From an uncultured Candidatus Poseidoniales archaeon (GTDB lineage: Archaea > Thermoplasmatota > Poseidoniia > Poseidoniales > Poseidoniaceae): a stretch of DNA of 64,000 nt. The translations under genes were made by a program, and so were the position numbers. Below the pieces are notes generated by a model. That model was not told the DNA's origin. It made no database searches and saw only the letters and a program-made list of their open reading frames with translations. How positions within the stretch are numbered: the first letter of the stretch is position 1; the number at the start of each line of letters is the position of its first letter. Of the stretch, positions 52,490 to 62,309 are shown piece after piece. Where the stretch lies: assembly GCA_902625885.1 (NCBI GenBank), contig CACODE010000001.1:26004-90003 (forward strand), given 5' to 3'.

Positions 52490-55400
52490 ATGAGGTTGAT
52501 TCAAAAGGCCTGCATGTTTCCCAACACCATGCCTTCGCGAGCCTGGCTCATGCTCGTGGTGTTCCTTTTCGTATCAGCGCCCTTGACAACGGTTGCGAAG
52601 ACTTCAGACGAATTGCCTGCTGAACAGGAAGGCGATATCGCTTCCGTCATCGGTGAGGAGGAGCGTCTGGAACTCGCATCCGCCCATTGGCACATGATGC
52701 CAACAGGCACCATGGAACCTGCCTCTCTGACCGCCGCCACCGGCCTTTTGCATCTGGCCAGCGGTTCCTTTGACCCCACGCTATCAAACGGCCCCGACCT
52801 CCCGGAAGGCTTTGTACGAACGGACGATGAGAAATATACAGGTATTGTTCTGATTCAACTTCATGCACCAGACGGTGTGCTCCTTGCCGATCTTGTTGAT
52901 CGGTACGAGTTGACGGTGCTCGACAACCTGCCCGATGAAGCATGGGTCGTTCGTCTACCTGAGAACGGTCATGATGTGCTTGGACTTCTTAGAGCAGAAG
53001 ACAGCGTTCGCTGGCTCGGCGCCGTCCAGCCAGGCTGGAGGGTGTCCCCTATCCTGCTTGACCATGCCACATCTGTGGAAGCCATCGCTATCGTTCCAAC
53101 ACCGGACTTGGGTACAGGCGGTTATGGCATGCTCGCCTCGGACATCGTAGGCTACGGGGCTAAACAAGCGTCTTGCGATGCGTGGATGTGTTACGCTTCG
53201 CTTGAACCAAATTCAGCCATGTCTCTGATTTTGCATCTCGCTCACGACGGGCGCGTCCTTTGGACAGAACCCACGGCATCGATGCGGGTCCACAACGCCG
53301 CTGCTCTTTCCATCACCGGGGTTCAGGCCGTTCAAAACAGCGCATCGTTCACGCTTGACGGTTCCGGGGAAATGTTTGCCATCGCTGACACTGGCCTCGA
53401 CCAAAACCATCCAGACATCGACGGACGGGTTCTTGGTCCGTTCACTCAATTTGGTTTGGACCCCTCGCCAGCCGACACGAACTCCGGGCACGGGACTCAC
53501 ATCGCCGTATCCGTTCTCGGCAACGGCAGCGGAGACGCAGCGGCCACAGGTGTCGCTCCCGAGGCCAACCTCGTCATGTACGCACTTGAACACGACCCCA
53601 CAGGCACCTTCGGTCGCATCGGTTCCATCTACGATATGCTTCGGGATGCAGAACAGATGACCGCCCGTATTTCCGTAAACGCTTGGGGGTTAAACGGGAA
53701 CTACGGCCAATACACGGCTGACGCACGGTCGGTTGACACGTTTGTGCACGACAAAAAAGACCTCACACCGGTCTTCTCGGTGGGAGACAGGGGTTCGTTT
53801 GGGGCTTCACAGGTATCGTCTCCAGCAACCGGCAAGAACGTCATTGCTGTGGGGGCCTCAACGACGGGAGTACCGGGCACGCCACCTGCCGGAGCGGTCG
53901 TGAATTTCTCCTCGCTTGGCCCGAGTTTGGACGGTCGAATCAAACCCGACGTTGTCGCTCCAGGCGTCGGCTTGTGTTCAGGTCTTGCAGAAGAAGCGCA
54001 ATCCCCTGCCGGGGCGTCCTGCTTGACCGGTAATCACGCGGGTGGGAACGCGTACTACATGACGCTGAGTGGCACTTCCCAAGCGACGGCCATCGCCTCT
54101 GGTGTGGCTGGATTAACACGCGAGTTCATCCGGGAACAGGTCGGTATAGCCGCGCCCTCGAGTGCACTGGTTAAAGCCGCCATGATCAACGGTGCGAGGG
54201 ACCTTGGTGCCGCCGACATACCAAACGCAGCCGAGGGTTGGGGCGAAGTCGACCTCGAACGGACGGTTCTACCCATGGACGGCACCACCGTTCTGGACAC
54301 GTTTGTTGACGATAAAAAATCGCTGTCGCCGGGTTTCGGCCTCTTGTATTCGTTTTCCATCGATGCTTCTCACGGTCTTGACATGACCCTTGCTTGGACC
54401 GATGAGGCAGGAAGCGCCATCGCTTCGCAAACCGAATCGAGGCTTGTCAACGACTTGGACCTCGTGCTCATTGGGCCCGATGGAACAGAATGGATTGGCA
54501 ACGATTTTTCTCAGGGGTATTCGACCACCGGCGGTACGGCGGACGACCTTAACAACGTAGAGAGAATTCGTGTCGCACCGGGTGTCTTGCCTGCAGGAAC
54601 TGACAACTACATCGTCAAGGTCATGCATCGGGGCGGCACAGCTCAGGATTTCGCTCTGGTGTTGAGCGCGGTCGCTACGGCAACCCCGCAACCCGACCTT
54701 GCTGTGTTTGACGGGAGCATCTTGCTCTCTTCTGAAAACCCTCTCAAGGACGATCTGATTTCTATCCGTCTCGCATGGGTCAATCAAGGCACGACGGCAG
54801 CAGCGCCGTTTGACATCATTCTGGAAGACGTTACCACCCAAACCGTTCTTGCCACGGCAACACGACCTACGCTCGCACCGGGCGTTATTGACTCCTACAC
54901 GATCTTCCACCAGTTCGCCACCACCGGCATGCACACGCTTCGAGTGTCTGTTGACACTGGAGGCAGCGTTGACGAAATTAACGACGGCTCAAACGGCGTG
55001 AACAACAACGTTTGGACCCAAGATGTGGAAGTGATGGCCCTCGGTGTCAGGGTGGTGGTTGAAAACGAAGACGGTACCGTCCCCACCACCTCCGAAGAAA
55101 GGGCAGCGAACGCTCTTTTGACCCTTGATGTCCGAAACGATTCAGGGATCGATGTTCCGTTGTCAATTCTCCATGAGGGCACAGGCAATCAATCGGTTGT
55201 GTTGTCGGCAACGATGGTGCAGGTTCCGGTACCGGGTCGGGATAATTTCTTCCTGCCGAGTCCTGACATGTGGACACGCACCTTCAACGAAACCACCGCG
55301 TTTTTGCTCTCGCCGCAAGGTGAAGCGGGAGCCAACAAATCCGTCAACTTGCGTCTGGAAGATATTGACGCCGACTTGACTTCCGACCCCAACAACCCCC

Positions 55401-57496
55401 GATACGTACGTGCGGGGACCTACGTCGTTGAAATAACGGCTCGCTACGAATACCAGCCCACCGTTGCTCACACCCAACGCCTCACGATCGAGGTGGAACA
55501 ACTCGATCAGGTCCAGGTCGTTGCCGCCGGCACGTCAGGTCTCGAGGCGGTTCCGGGCGAATCGGCCGTCTTCTCGATATCTGTGCGAAACACGGGCAAT
55601 GCACCGGCGCAATACAGCATCGATTGCGACTCGGAACAACGCTGGCAGGTCATGTTGGGTTCGTCGAATTCATCGCAACTTGACTTTGAACCCCTGAACA
55701 TTCTCGAATACCTGCCAATGTCCGTGCGCGTTTACGTCCCCCTCGTTGCCGCGGGTGCTCCGGCGGCTGGTGACACCGATACCGTGACATGCTACGTCAC
55801 ATCGCTGACCGACCCAACCATGAATTTCACAGAAACGGTAACGGTGGCGGTGCTAGCACAAGAATCGTTTGAGGTCCATCTCAGCGATGACGACGGTCCG
55901 TTGGGGCCGACCTATCTTGCGGACGACGTCGCAGTTGACAGCGGGCAAGAAGTTCACATGAACATGACCGTGGTCAACACGGGCAACATCGAGATTGGAC
56001 TTGACGTCTCTGTTCTTCCCGATAACCCGCAATGGGCGATTCAGATCTCGCATGAAAACGAGCAAGATTCCCGTCGCATCTCGTTGACGCTTGGTGCCGG
56101 TCAAACCACCAACGTGCGGTTTATTTTTGCTGTTCCCCTTGCCGCCGAGGAAGGCGACAGCAACGGCTTTACCATTCGGACCGAGCGGAGCCTGTCCAAT
56201 TTCAGACAGAACATCACCACGTTGGTGGTCAAAGAAGAACTTGGCGTATTGCTGACGCCACCAGTGGGCAGCACGGTCGAAGTCAGCATTGCTGATACTT
56301 TCACCTACTGCGAATTCACCGTGAGGAACACCGGGAACACCAACCTCGTCCTCAACTGGTCCCACGGCCTTGCTCCCGATGGCTGGATGGTTGGTTTTGC
56401 TAAACCGACGGTCTACTTGGAACCGAGGGAGGAGAAAGTGGTGCGGTTTGGCTTGGTCGCCCCAGCCCAAACTCCAGCAGGGGTCGACACGTTTGACCTG
56501 CTCATCAATGTGAACGCTTCAAACGGTGGTCGGTACGTAGAAGCATCGCAAATGTTGAGCGTTGATGTGGCGACCTCTATCTACGGCAACCTTACGGCTG
56601 CAGACTCCCGAGATGGTATCTTTGAAGGTGTGCCAAGAGACGCTGGCCGTGTCGAAACATTCCTTGTCAGAAACGACGGCAACGTGCCGCTGAGCGGTGA
56701 ATTGCTCGGCACAGTGGTGGACAAAAATGGTGTTGCTAGCACTGGATGGGAAGTCAGTTTATCGCCGTCCTCCGTCACCGACCTCGCTGTCGGTGAGAGC
56801 GTTGAGGTCCTTGTCACCTTGACGCCCGGAGACGATGTTGAGCGAGGTAGCTCAACTTTTTACCTCAATCTGACGACCGAATCGGTTCCTATTTCGTCCA
56901 TTCAGCGCACCGCAAGTGTTGAGATTTCCACAGGCTCGACGGGTCTTTTCAACGTCTTGCCGCCCGCAGTGAGTGTGTCGTTGGTGTCGGTCTTGCTCGT
57001 GCTGGGCGTTGTCCTCGCCAGGCGCATGAAGCGGTCGGGGGAACTCGACAATGACGACTCCGGCCTTGTTGCCCCCAACGCCCACGAGCGACCGGATACC
57101 GATGGCGAGCGTCGCGAAAAGGCCCTCGATCTGGGGACGTCCATTGACGACTTGACGAGCGGTGAAGTCAGCGACAAGGAAATCGCAGAGGCCATCATGC
57201 AATCGATGGATTTGCCCACAATGCCAGCGGCGGTTCCGCAAGGATTGCCACCTACTGGAATGCCGCCCAAAGCGAGCGTTCCCAAGGGTTTGCCACCGCT
57301 TGGCATGCCGCCGCAACCGGTGGTCCCGGCCGCTCCTGCACCGCTGCCAACACCCGTTCCTGCACCGCTGCCAACGCCCGTTCCTGCACCTGCTGTCCAA
57401 CAAGGACCGCCGCTACCTCCAAGCGGTTTACCAGCAGGGTGGACCATGGAGCAGTGGCGGCATTACGGCCATGAGTGGCTCAGACGGCAAGGCTGA
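52490..57496 (+). CDS. Giant (1669 aa) membrane-anchored subtilisin-like serine protease (S8) with multiple beta-sandwich domains, C-terminal TM anchor, acidic + PA/poly-Pro cytoplasmic tail ending in a GW..QW..YG motif
   Basis: Signal peptide MRLIQKACMFPNTMPSRAWLMLVVFLFVSAPLTTVAKT. S8 triad AIADTGLDQNHPDIDGRV (Asp), SGHGTHIAVSVLG (His), LSGTSQATAIASGVAGL (Ser). C-terminus VSLVSVLLVLGVVLARRMKR, ..PAPLPTPVPAPLPTPVPAP.., PPLPPSGLPAGWTMEQWRHYGHEWLRRQG. Confidence 0.85.
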   Translation: MRLIQKACMFPNTMPSRAWLMLVVFLFVSAPLTTVAKTSDELPAEQEGDIASVIGEEERLELASAHWHMMPTGTMEPASLTAATGLLHLASGSFDPTLSNGPDLPEGFVRTDDEKYTGIVLIQLHAPDGVLLADLVDRYELTVLDNLPDEAWVVRLPENGHDVLGLLRAEDSVRWLGAVQPGWRVSPILLDHATSVEAIAIVPTPDLGTGGYGMLASDIVGYGAKQASCDAWMCYASLEPNSAMSLILHLAHDGRVLWTEPTASMRVHNAAALSITGVQAVQNSASFTLDGSGEMFAIADTGLDQNHPDIDGRVLGPFTQFGLDPSPADTNSGHGTHIAVSVLGNGSGDAAATGVAPEANLVMYALEHDPTGTFGRIGSIYDMLRDAEQMTARISVNAWGLNGNYGQYTADARSVDTFVHDKKDLTPVFSVGDRGSFGASQVSSPATGKNVIAVGASTTGVPGTPPAGAVVNFSSLGPSLDGRIKPDVVAPGVGLCSGLAEEAQSPAGASCLTGNHAGGNAYYMTLSGTSQATAIASGVAGLTREFIREQVGIAAPSSALVKAAMINGARDLGAADIPNAAEGWGEVDLERTVLPMDGTTVLDTFVDDKKSLSPGFGLLYSFSIDASHGLDMTLAWTDEAGSAIASQTESRLVNDLDLVLIGPDGTEWIGNDFSQGYSTTGGTADDLNNVERIRVAPGVLPAGTDNYIVKVMHRGGTAQDFALVLSAVATATPQPDLAVFDGSILLSSENPLKDDLISIRLAWVNQGTTAAAPFDIILEDVTTQTVLATATRPTLAPGVIDSYTIFHQFATTGMHTLRVSVDTGGSVDEINDGSNGVNNNVWTQDVEVMALGVRVVVENEDGTVPTTSEERAANALLTLDVRNDSGIDVPLSILHEGTGNQSVVLSATMVQVPVPGRDNFFLPSPDMWTRTFNETTAFLLSPQGEAGANKSVNLRLEDIDADLTSDPNNPRYVRAGTYVVEITARYEYQPTVAHTQRLTIEVEQLDQVQVVAAGTSGLEAVPGESAVFSISVRNTGNAPAQYSIDCDSEQRWQVMLGSSNSSQLDFEPLNILEYLPMSVRVYVPLVAAGAPAAGDTDTVTCYVTSLTDPTMNFTETVTVAVLAQESFEVHLSDDDGPLGPTYLADDVAVDSGQEVHMNMTVVNTGNIEIGLDVSVLPDNPQWAIQISHENEQDSRRISLTLGAGQTTNVRFIFAVPLAAEEGDSNGFTIRTERSLSNFRQNITTLVVKEELGVLLTPPVGSTVEVSIADTFTYCEFTVRNTGNTNLVLNWSHGLAPDGWMVGFAKPTVYLEPREEKVVRFGLVAPAQTPAGVDTFDLLINVNASNGGRYVEASQMLSVDVATSIYGNLTAADSRDGIFEGVPRDAGRVETFLVRNDGNVPLSGELLGTVVDKNGVASTGWEVSLSPSSVTDLAVGESVEVLVTLTPGDDVERGSSTFYLNLTTESVPISSIQRTASVEISTGSTGLFNVLPPAVSVSLVSVLLVLGVVLARRMKRSGELDNDDSGLVAPNAHERPDTDGERREKALDLGTSIDDLTSGEVSDKEIAEAIMQSMDLPTMPAAVPQGLPPTGMPPKASVPKGLPPLGMPPQPVVPAAPAPLPTPVPAPLPTPVPAPAVQQGPPLPPSGLPAGWTMEQWRHYGHEWLRRQG
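57337..57399 (+). repeat. Tandem 24-nt duplication inside the subtilase tail coding region (encodes PAPLPTPV x2)
   Basis: cctgcaccgctgccaacacccgtt / cctgcaccgctgccaacgcccgtt are adjacent, with 1 mismatch. Confidence 0.6.
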
Positions 57497-57523
57497 GTCA
57501 TCAAGGTTGAAAGGGAGAACGCC

Positions 57524-58162
57524 TTGGAGGCCTTCATGGGCAGCATCGTTTTGTTTGGTCCTCCTGGTGCCGGCAAAGGTACACAGGCGCAACGCATCAT
57601 GGAACACACCGGTTTGCCTCAAATATCGACGGGCGATATGCTGCGGGCTGCCGTGAAAGCCTCAACCCCTGTCGGTATCGAGGCGAAGGGCTACATGGAC
57701 AGGGGCGAACTTGTTCCGGACGACATCATATTGGCGCTGATAGAGGAGCGCATCAAAGAACCTGATGCAGCCAACGGCGTTATGTTCGACGGGTTTCCGC
57801 GCACCGTGCCGCAGGCAGTGGCGCTGAGCGAGATGACCTCCATATCCCACGTTCTCGCAATTGAGGTGCCGGACGAGCGCATCGTTGAGCGCATCTGCGG
57901 GCGGACAACATGCGGCCGTTGCGGCATCGTTTTTCACGACACGTTCAATCCTGTCCCATCCAGCGGCTGTCCGTGCGGGTCTTACGAGGAGAAACGTCGA
58001 GCAGACGATAACGAAGACACCGTTCTCAACAGGTTGCATGCCTATCATCTGCAAACATCACCCCTTGCCGAATGGTACGAGGAGAAAGGCTTGTTTCACA
58101 GGGTGAACGGCGACCGCGCCATCAATGAAATCACGGCTGACTTGCTATCGCTGCTGGAATGA
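57524..58162 (+). CDS. adk: Adenylate kinase (long form with zinc LID)
   Basis: P-loop VLFGPPGAGKGTQA. ISTGDMLR. LID with CGRCG...CPCG. Confidence 0.9.
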   Translation: MEAFMGSIVLFGPPGAGKGTQAQRIMEHTGLPQISTGDMLRAAVKASTPVGIEAKGYMDRGELVPDDIILALIEERIKEPDAANGVMFDGFPRTVPQAVALSEMTSISHVLAIEVPDERIVERICGRTTCGRCGIVFHDTFNPVPSSGCPCGSYEEKRRADDNEDTVLNRLHAYHLQTSPLAEWYEEKGLFHRVNGDRAINEITADLLSLLE

Positions 58163-58171
58163 GGTGCTCGT

Positions 58172-58522
58172 TTGGGTCGAAAGCGGAAGGGACGTGCCTC
58201 AAAGAAAGCGCAGCGTCGGGCAGCGGCTCTTGGTGCACAAGACCACCTCGCAAACATTCTTGTTGAACCTCGCAAGCATCCAAGAATCGTTGTCGATGCG
58301 GCAGCCGTTCACCTCATCAAAACTTCACAGCGCCATCGGCTTCCGCTGCCTGTCCGTGCCAAGGACAGGGTTTGTCGGAAATGTTGGGCGCCTCTAACCT
58401 CATCCAGTTCGTTTCGTGTGCGAATCAAACACGGCCAACGCATCAAAACCTGTCTAAAATGCGGCAGTTTACGTCGGTTTGGAGGTGGCCCAAAACACCA
58501 CCGACGGCAACAGGAGGGGTGA
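58172..58522 (+). CDS. rnp4: RNase P protein component Rpp21 (Rpr2 family)
   Basis: Basic N-terminus and zinc ribbon: DRVCRKCWAPLTSSSSFRVRIKHGQRIKTCLKCGSLRRF parallels archaeal Rpp21 (..YCKKCHAFLVPGINARVRLR..VKCLECG..). Confidence 0.75.
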   Translation: MGRKRKGRASKKAQRRAAALGAQDHLANILVEPRKHPRIVVDAAAVHLIKTSQRHRLPLPVRAKDRVCRKCWAPLTSSSSFRVRIKHGQRIKTCLKCGSLRRFGGGPKHHRRQQEG

Positions 58523-58523
58523 G

Positions 58524-58790
58524 ATGTCGTCCGTTCCCAACCACATCTTGCGTCAGGCCAAATCCCGTGATTTCAGAGCCAGCGTGCGCATAGGAAAATC
58601 CGGTCTTAGCGAGACGGTTCTTGAGGAAATAAGGCAGCAACTCAACTCTCGGGACCTCGTTAAAATCAAGGTCAACAAAGGATTGTTTGGACGTGAACAG
58701 CGGCAAGAAGTGTGGGCGTTTCTTTCAGAAAACACGGGTTCAGAACTGGTCCTGCAGCGAGGGAACATCGGTGTTTTGTGGCGCAGGTAA
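58524..58790 (+). CDS. YhbY/CRM-domain RNA-binding protein
   Basis: ATG 1 nt after rpp21 stop, with ggagggg upstream. SVRIGKSGLSETVLEEIRQQLNSRDLVKIKV is the conserved CRM/YhbY core (GKxGlt, ELvKvk). Confidence 0.7.
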   Translation: MSSVPNHILRQAKSRDFRASVRIGKSGLSETVLEEIRQQLNSRDLVKIKVNKGLFGREQRQEVWAFLSENTGSELVLQRGNIGVLWRR

Positions 58791-58852
58791 GGAAACCTGA
58801 AGCAAAGGGTCAAAGGGTGAATTCAACCACAGCAGAATGCTGAGGCATTGCC

Positions 58853-60580
58853 ATGAACGGACATCTCTTCACCAACCGAAGCCGCCAAGTCGCCTTTGGG
58901 CTCCTCCTCTTTGTCGGCGCCATGATGGTGGCCAATCCTTCTCAGGCAGGTGGCGGGGGCGGTATAAGCCTCGATGTTAACATCAAGGAAGGCCTTGAAA
59001 ATCAGGCCGTTTACGTAGGCCTTGGTATCTTGCTGGCCGTGTATGTCCTCATCATTTTCGAAACCGTTCATCGGACGTTGGCTGCAGCCGTTGGCGGCAT
59101 CGTGGCCATGCTCGCCCTCAATTACTACGACACGGGGGACACGTTCACGCTCGCCGAAATAACCACGATGATCGATTGGGAAACCATCGGGCTTTTGTTG
59201 GGTATGATGGTGATGGTGGGTATCTTATCCAACACGGGGGTTTTCGAGTATTTCGCCGTCCTTTCCTACAAGAAGAGCGGCGGCTCCATCTGGACCCTTG
59301 TGGTCATACTGTGTTCGGTGACGGCTGTTTTGTCGGCGTTCCTGGACAACGTCACGACCATGCTCTTGCTCACCCCGGTCACCATTCAACTGGCGAAAGT
59401 GCTTGACATCAAACCCATTCCACTGTTGATTTCTGAGGTGCTGTTTTCGAACATTGGTGGTGCAGCCACGATGATTGGCGACCCACCAAACATCATGATC
59501 GGTTCGGGTCTTTCTCCCGACAAAATTGCCAAGGCCGAGGGCGGTCTTTACGCCGACATGGCTCATTACGGCGTGACGTTCAACGATTTCATTATCGAGA
59601 TGGGTCCGGGGATTTTGATGTGCGTGGTTCCCAGCTTCATGTTCCTCAAGTGGTTCTATGCCGACGAATTCTCAGGCACACGCATCCGTGATGTTGCTGA
59701 ACTTGAATCCAAGTACGGCATCAAGGACCAAGCCATGCTGAACGTTGCAGGCATCATTCTTTTCCTTGTTATCCTGAATTTCTTCCTCCACCCCATCACC
59801 CACATCGCCGTCTCGTGGATTGCGCTTGTCGGAGCGGTTGTCATGTTGTTGGCCACCGACCGTCATGAACTCGAGGAACCGCTTCACCACGTGGAGTGGA
59901 CAACGTTGCTGTTCTTTGCAGGATTGTTCGTTCTCGTGCACTCGCTCCAATACATGGGCGTGATCAGTTTCATCGGTGAGTACGTGGAGCGAGCCATCGC
60001 CTTCTTCGGCAGCGATACCGGCGACGGGCAAACCGTGCGATTGGCTGCAGCCATACTGATCGTGCTTTGGGTTTCAGCCATCGCCTCTGCCTTCATCGAC
60101 AACATTCCCTACACGGCCACAATGATTCCCATCGTCCTCCAAATCGCTCACAACCTTGGCGATTACCTCCTAGGGCCGCTTATCTGGGCCCTCGCCTTTG
60201 GTGCATGCCTCGGTGGCAATGGAACGCTCATTGGTGCCTCAGCTAACGTCGTGACGGCGGGCATGTCCGAAGAGGCAGGCTACCCCATATCGTTCAATGA
60301 ATTCTTCAAGGCTGGCTTCCCCATCATGATTCTGACGACGTTCATCGTATCGCTTTACATGTTGCTCGTGTTTATTGTTGGTGGAGAGGACAACGCTACC
60401 TACGTGAAAATCATCCTCGTCGGCGTCACCACGCTGAGCATCATCGGGCAACTTGCACGTGGCCGTAGCAAAGGCAAGACGTTTGCAGAGGCGCTCGTGG
60501 ATGACGAAATGGAAGGCATCCAAGAAGTGGTTATTGAAGTCGGCAACGTGTTGCGTGGCGGTCAACAAGAAGAAGAGTGA
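58853..60580 (+). CDS. ArsB/NhaD-superfamily ion permease (Na+/H+ antiporter- or anion-transporter-like), ≥12 TM
   Basis: Polytopic membrane protein. Segments typical of the ArsB/NhaD/CitMHS fold (LDNVTTMLLLTPVTIQLAKVL, FSNIGGAATMIGDPPNIMIG, IDNIPYTATMIPIVLQIA). Confidence 0.8.
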   Translation: MNGHLFTNRSRQVAFGLLLFVGAMMVANPSQAGGGGGISLDVNIKEGLENQAVYVGLGILLAVYVLIIFETVHRTLAAAVGGIVAMLALNYYDTGDTFTLAEITTMIDWETIGLLLGMMVMVGILSNTGVFEYFAVLSYKKSGGSIWTLVVILCSVTAVLSAFLDNVTTMLLLTPVTIQLAKVLDIKPIPLLISEVLFSNIGGAATMIGDPPNIMIGSGLSPDKIAKAEGGLYADMAHYGVTFNDFIIEMGPGILMCVVPSFMFLKWFYADEFSGTRIRDVAELESKYGIKDQAMLNVAGIILFLVILNFFLHPITHIAVSWIALVGAVVMLLATDRHELEEPLHHVEWTTLLFFAGLFVLVHSLQYMGVISFIGEYVERAIAFFGSDTGDGQTVRLAAAILIVLWVSAIASAFIDNIPYTATMIPIVLQIAHNLGDYLLGPLIWALAFGACLGGNGTLIGASANVVTAGMSEEAGYPISFNEFFKAGFPIMILTTFIVSLYMLLVFIVGGEDNATYVKIILVGVTTLSIIGQLARGRSKGKTFAEALVDDEMEGIQEVVIEVGNVLRGGQQEEE

Positions 60581-60642
60581 AACCTCCCAACCCGGCGTTG
60601 ATTTCAAGTCCTGCCGATGCGAGGCACCTGTGGGGCAGGGCC

Positions 60643-62067
60643 ATGTTCGAGTGCCAAGTGTGCGGATTGTTATCGCTTGGCGGCACATCGTGCCCGGCCT
60701 GCGGCAGTCAGTTGCGCAAAGATCTCTCGATTGAACAAAGCGGCGATGAGGTGTTGCCAACCGAGGTCCCGGGTCTTGATGAGGCGGCCGAAGCTTGGTA
60801 CGAACTTGAAGGTCTTGAACCGCCATTGGTCGACGACGAGCCGACCGTACAACCTGCGAGGTCATCACCCAGCACGTTGCCGTTCGGCTACCAAGGCTCT
60901 TCAAACGTCTACACGCCAAACCTTCCGTTCGGCATCGGTAGTTTTGCGGACGGTATCCCGTTTGATGCTGCAAACCGAAGTCAAGCGTTCGCACTTGAGC
61001 CAACCGCTACAGAAGCCGTGTTCGATGCTGTGGAACACACCGCTCCGGAGACGGTAGCGGAGACGACGCCCGTGTCGTCAGAGGCAACCCCGAGGGTTGA
61101 CACCGTTTTGGAGGACGTTTCCCCACCAATGGACGATGCGGACCTTGAATTGCCACCCGTGCCTGAACTGCCAGAGGTGATGATTTCCGACCTTTCGGCG
61201 GAAATCACCGATGTCTTCGAGGTTCAACCTGCGCCCCCCTCTCCCGGCGAATTGATTGATGAACCCGTCAGGTTGTCATCCGCTCGTTTGGTTTCCTCTG
61301 CACCCGTACAGGAAGAACCTCCCGTCCCGGACTATTGGAAAATCGATGCCCCGATTCCTGATTACGAAGAGATTTACGGCCAAGAGGCCGCTGTCGTGGA
61401 GGTTGAGTACGCCTCTCTCGAGGAGGACGTCGTCATCTACGACCACACCACGGATTCTCCAGCGGCTGTTTTTCATTCACCTTTGGAAGCCTCACCGAAT
61501 TCAACGGCTTCCAAATCGGTCAAACTTCAGCTGCACCCTGCCCAGGCGTTGAGTGTTGACACAGGTGGCGATCAAGCCATGGCAGAACCGCTCGCAGCAG
61601 GGTTCAGGGCGCTCCAGCAGGCCGATTGGTCAGCCGCCGCTCGTTCGTTCCAACGCATGGCTGCAGGGATGCCGAACAACCCAGAAGTGTTCAACAACTA
61701 CGGCATTTCGTTGCTGCAGCGGGCCACCGCCATGCGTACCAGCAACGACGGTCAAGAACAGGCTGTCTCAGAAACGCAGTTCGAGTCTTCAATTCTCGCT
61801 CTTCGGGAGGCGGCGAAGAACGCCCCGACGAATGGCGATGTTCTGGTCAACCTCGCCATAGCGCTCATTGAGAGCGGGCGTTCAGAAAAGGCCCTCGGCA
61901 TCATGAACGTCCACAACGCTCGTACGCCAAACTCCGCCAAAGGCCTGAACACGGCAGCCGTGGCGATGTTTAATTTGGGCCAACTTTCTCAGGCCGTTGA
62001 AACGCTTGGCAAGGTTGGGAACGACGAGATTGCCCGTCGAAACCTTGCGAAAATTGCGCCAAATTGA
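60643..62067 (+). CDS. Hypothetical protein: N-terminal zinc ribbon, long acidic low-complexity linker, C-terminal TPR repeats
   Basis: MFECQVCGLLSLGGTSCPACG. TPR-like helices (WSAAARSFQRMAAGMPNNPEVFNNYGISLLQ, GDVLVNLAIALIESGRSEKALGIM, AAVAMFNLGQLSQAVETLGKV). Start could instead be GTG 60577 overlapping the permease stop. Confidence 0.6.
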   Translation: MFECQVCGLLSLGGTSCPACGSQLRKDLSIEQSGDEVLPTEVPGLDEAAEAWYELEGLEPPLVDDEPTVQPARSSPSTLPFGYQGSSNVYTPNLPFGIGSFADGIPFDAANRSQAFALEPTATEAVFDAVEHTAPETVAETTPVSSEATPRVDTVLEDVSPPMDDADLELPPVPELPEVMISDLSAEITDVFEVQPAPPSPGELIDEPVRLSSARLVSSAPVQEEPPVPDYWKIDAPIPDYEEIYGQEAAVVEVEYASLEEDVVIYDHTTDSPAAVFHSPLEASPNSTASKSVKLQLHPAQALSVDTGGDQAMAEPLAAGFRALQQADWSAAARSFQRMAAGMPNNPEVFNNYGISLLQRATAMRTSNDGQEQAVSETQFESSILALREAAKNAPTNGDVLVNLAIALIESGRSEKALGIMNVHNARTPNSAKGLNTAAVAMFNLGQLSQAVETLGKVGNDEIARRNLAKIAPN

Positions 62068-62140
62068 AGGCATTCGGTCAACCCTTTGAAATTTGGGAAA
62101 AAAGAGGGACTGTCCCCCTTTCCATTGTCCGGTTTAGACC

Positions 62141-62160
62141 GATTTCTTCTTATATGGGTG
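62141..62160 (+). promoter_or_regulatory. Candidate archaeal TATA-box promoter for the 23S rRNA transcript
   Basis: gatttcttcttatatgggtg lies ~150 nt upstream of the mature 23S 5' end, after the end of the upstream CDS. Downstream leader can form a processing stem. No 16S gene between. Confidence 0.4.
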
Positions 62161-62309
62161 GAAGGTCGCATGGATGCTTAGCACCCTGTCATGCCTGTCA
62201 TGATGGGGGAAGGGCTGAGGAGAATCACCCTCGAGGAGGTGGTTTTCTGTTGAAGCCGAATTGGCATGACTAGATACCGAAGGGTTACTCATATGGTGTG
62301 GAAACATAC

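Noticed and set aside
57400-57496. WW-domain-like start (LPAGWT..) in the C-terminal tails
   Set aside because: Resembles the LPxGWE opening of WW domains, but the second conserved Trp is only 4–5 residues away instead of ~22 and the segment is <25 aa. It cannot be a WW fold; treated as a short linear motif instead.
60600-62300. 16S rRNA gene or spacer tRNA upstream of the 23S
   Set aside because: The region is a protein-coding ORF with TPR repeats followed by a short promoter/leader. No 16S-like conserved blocks or tRNA cloverleaf candidates were recognisable.
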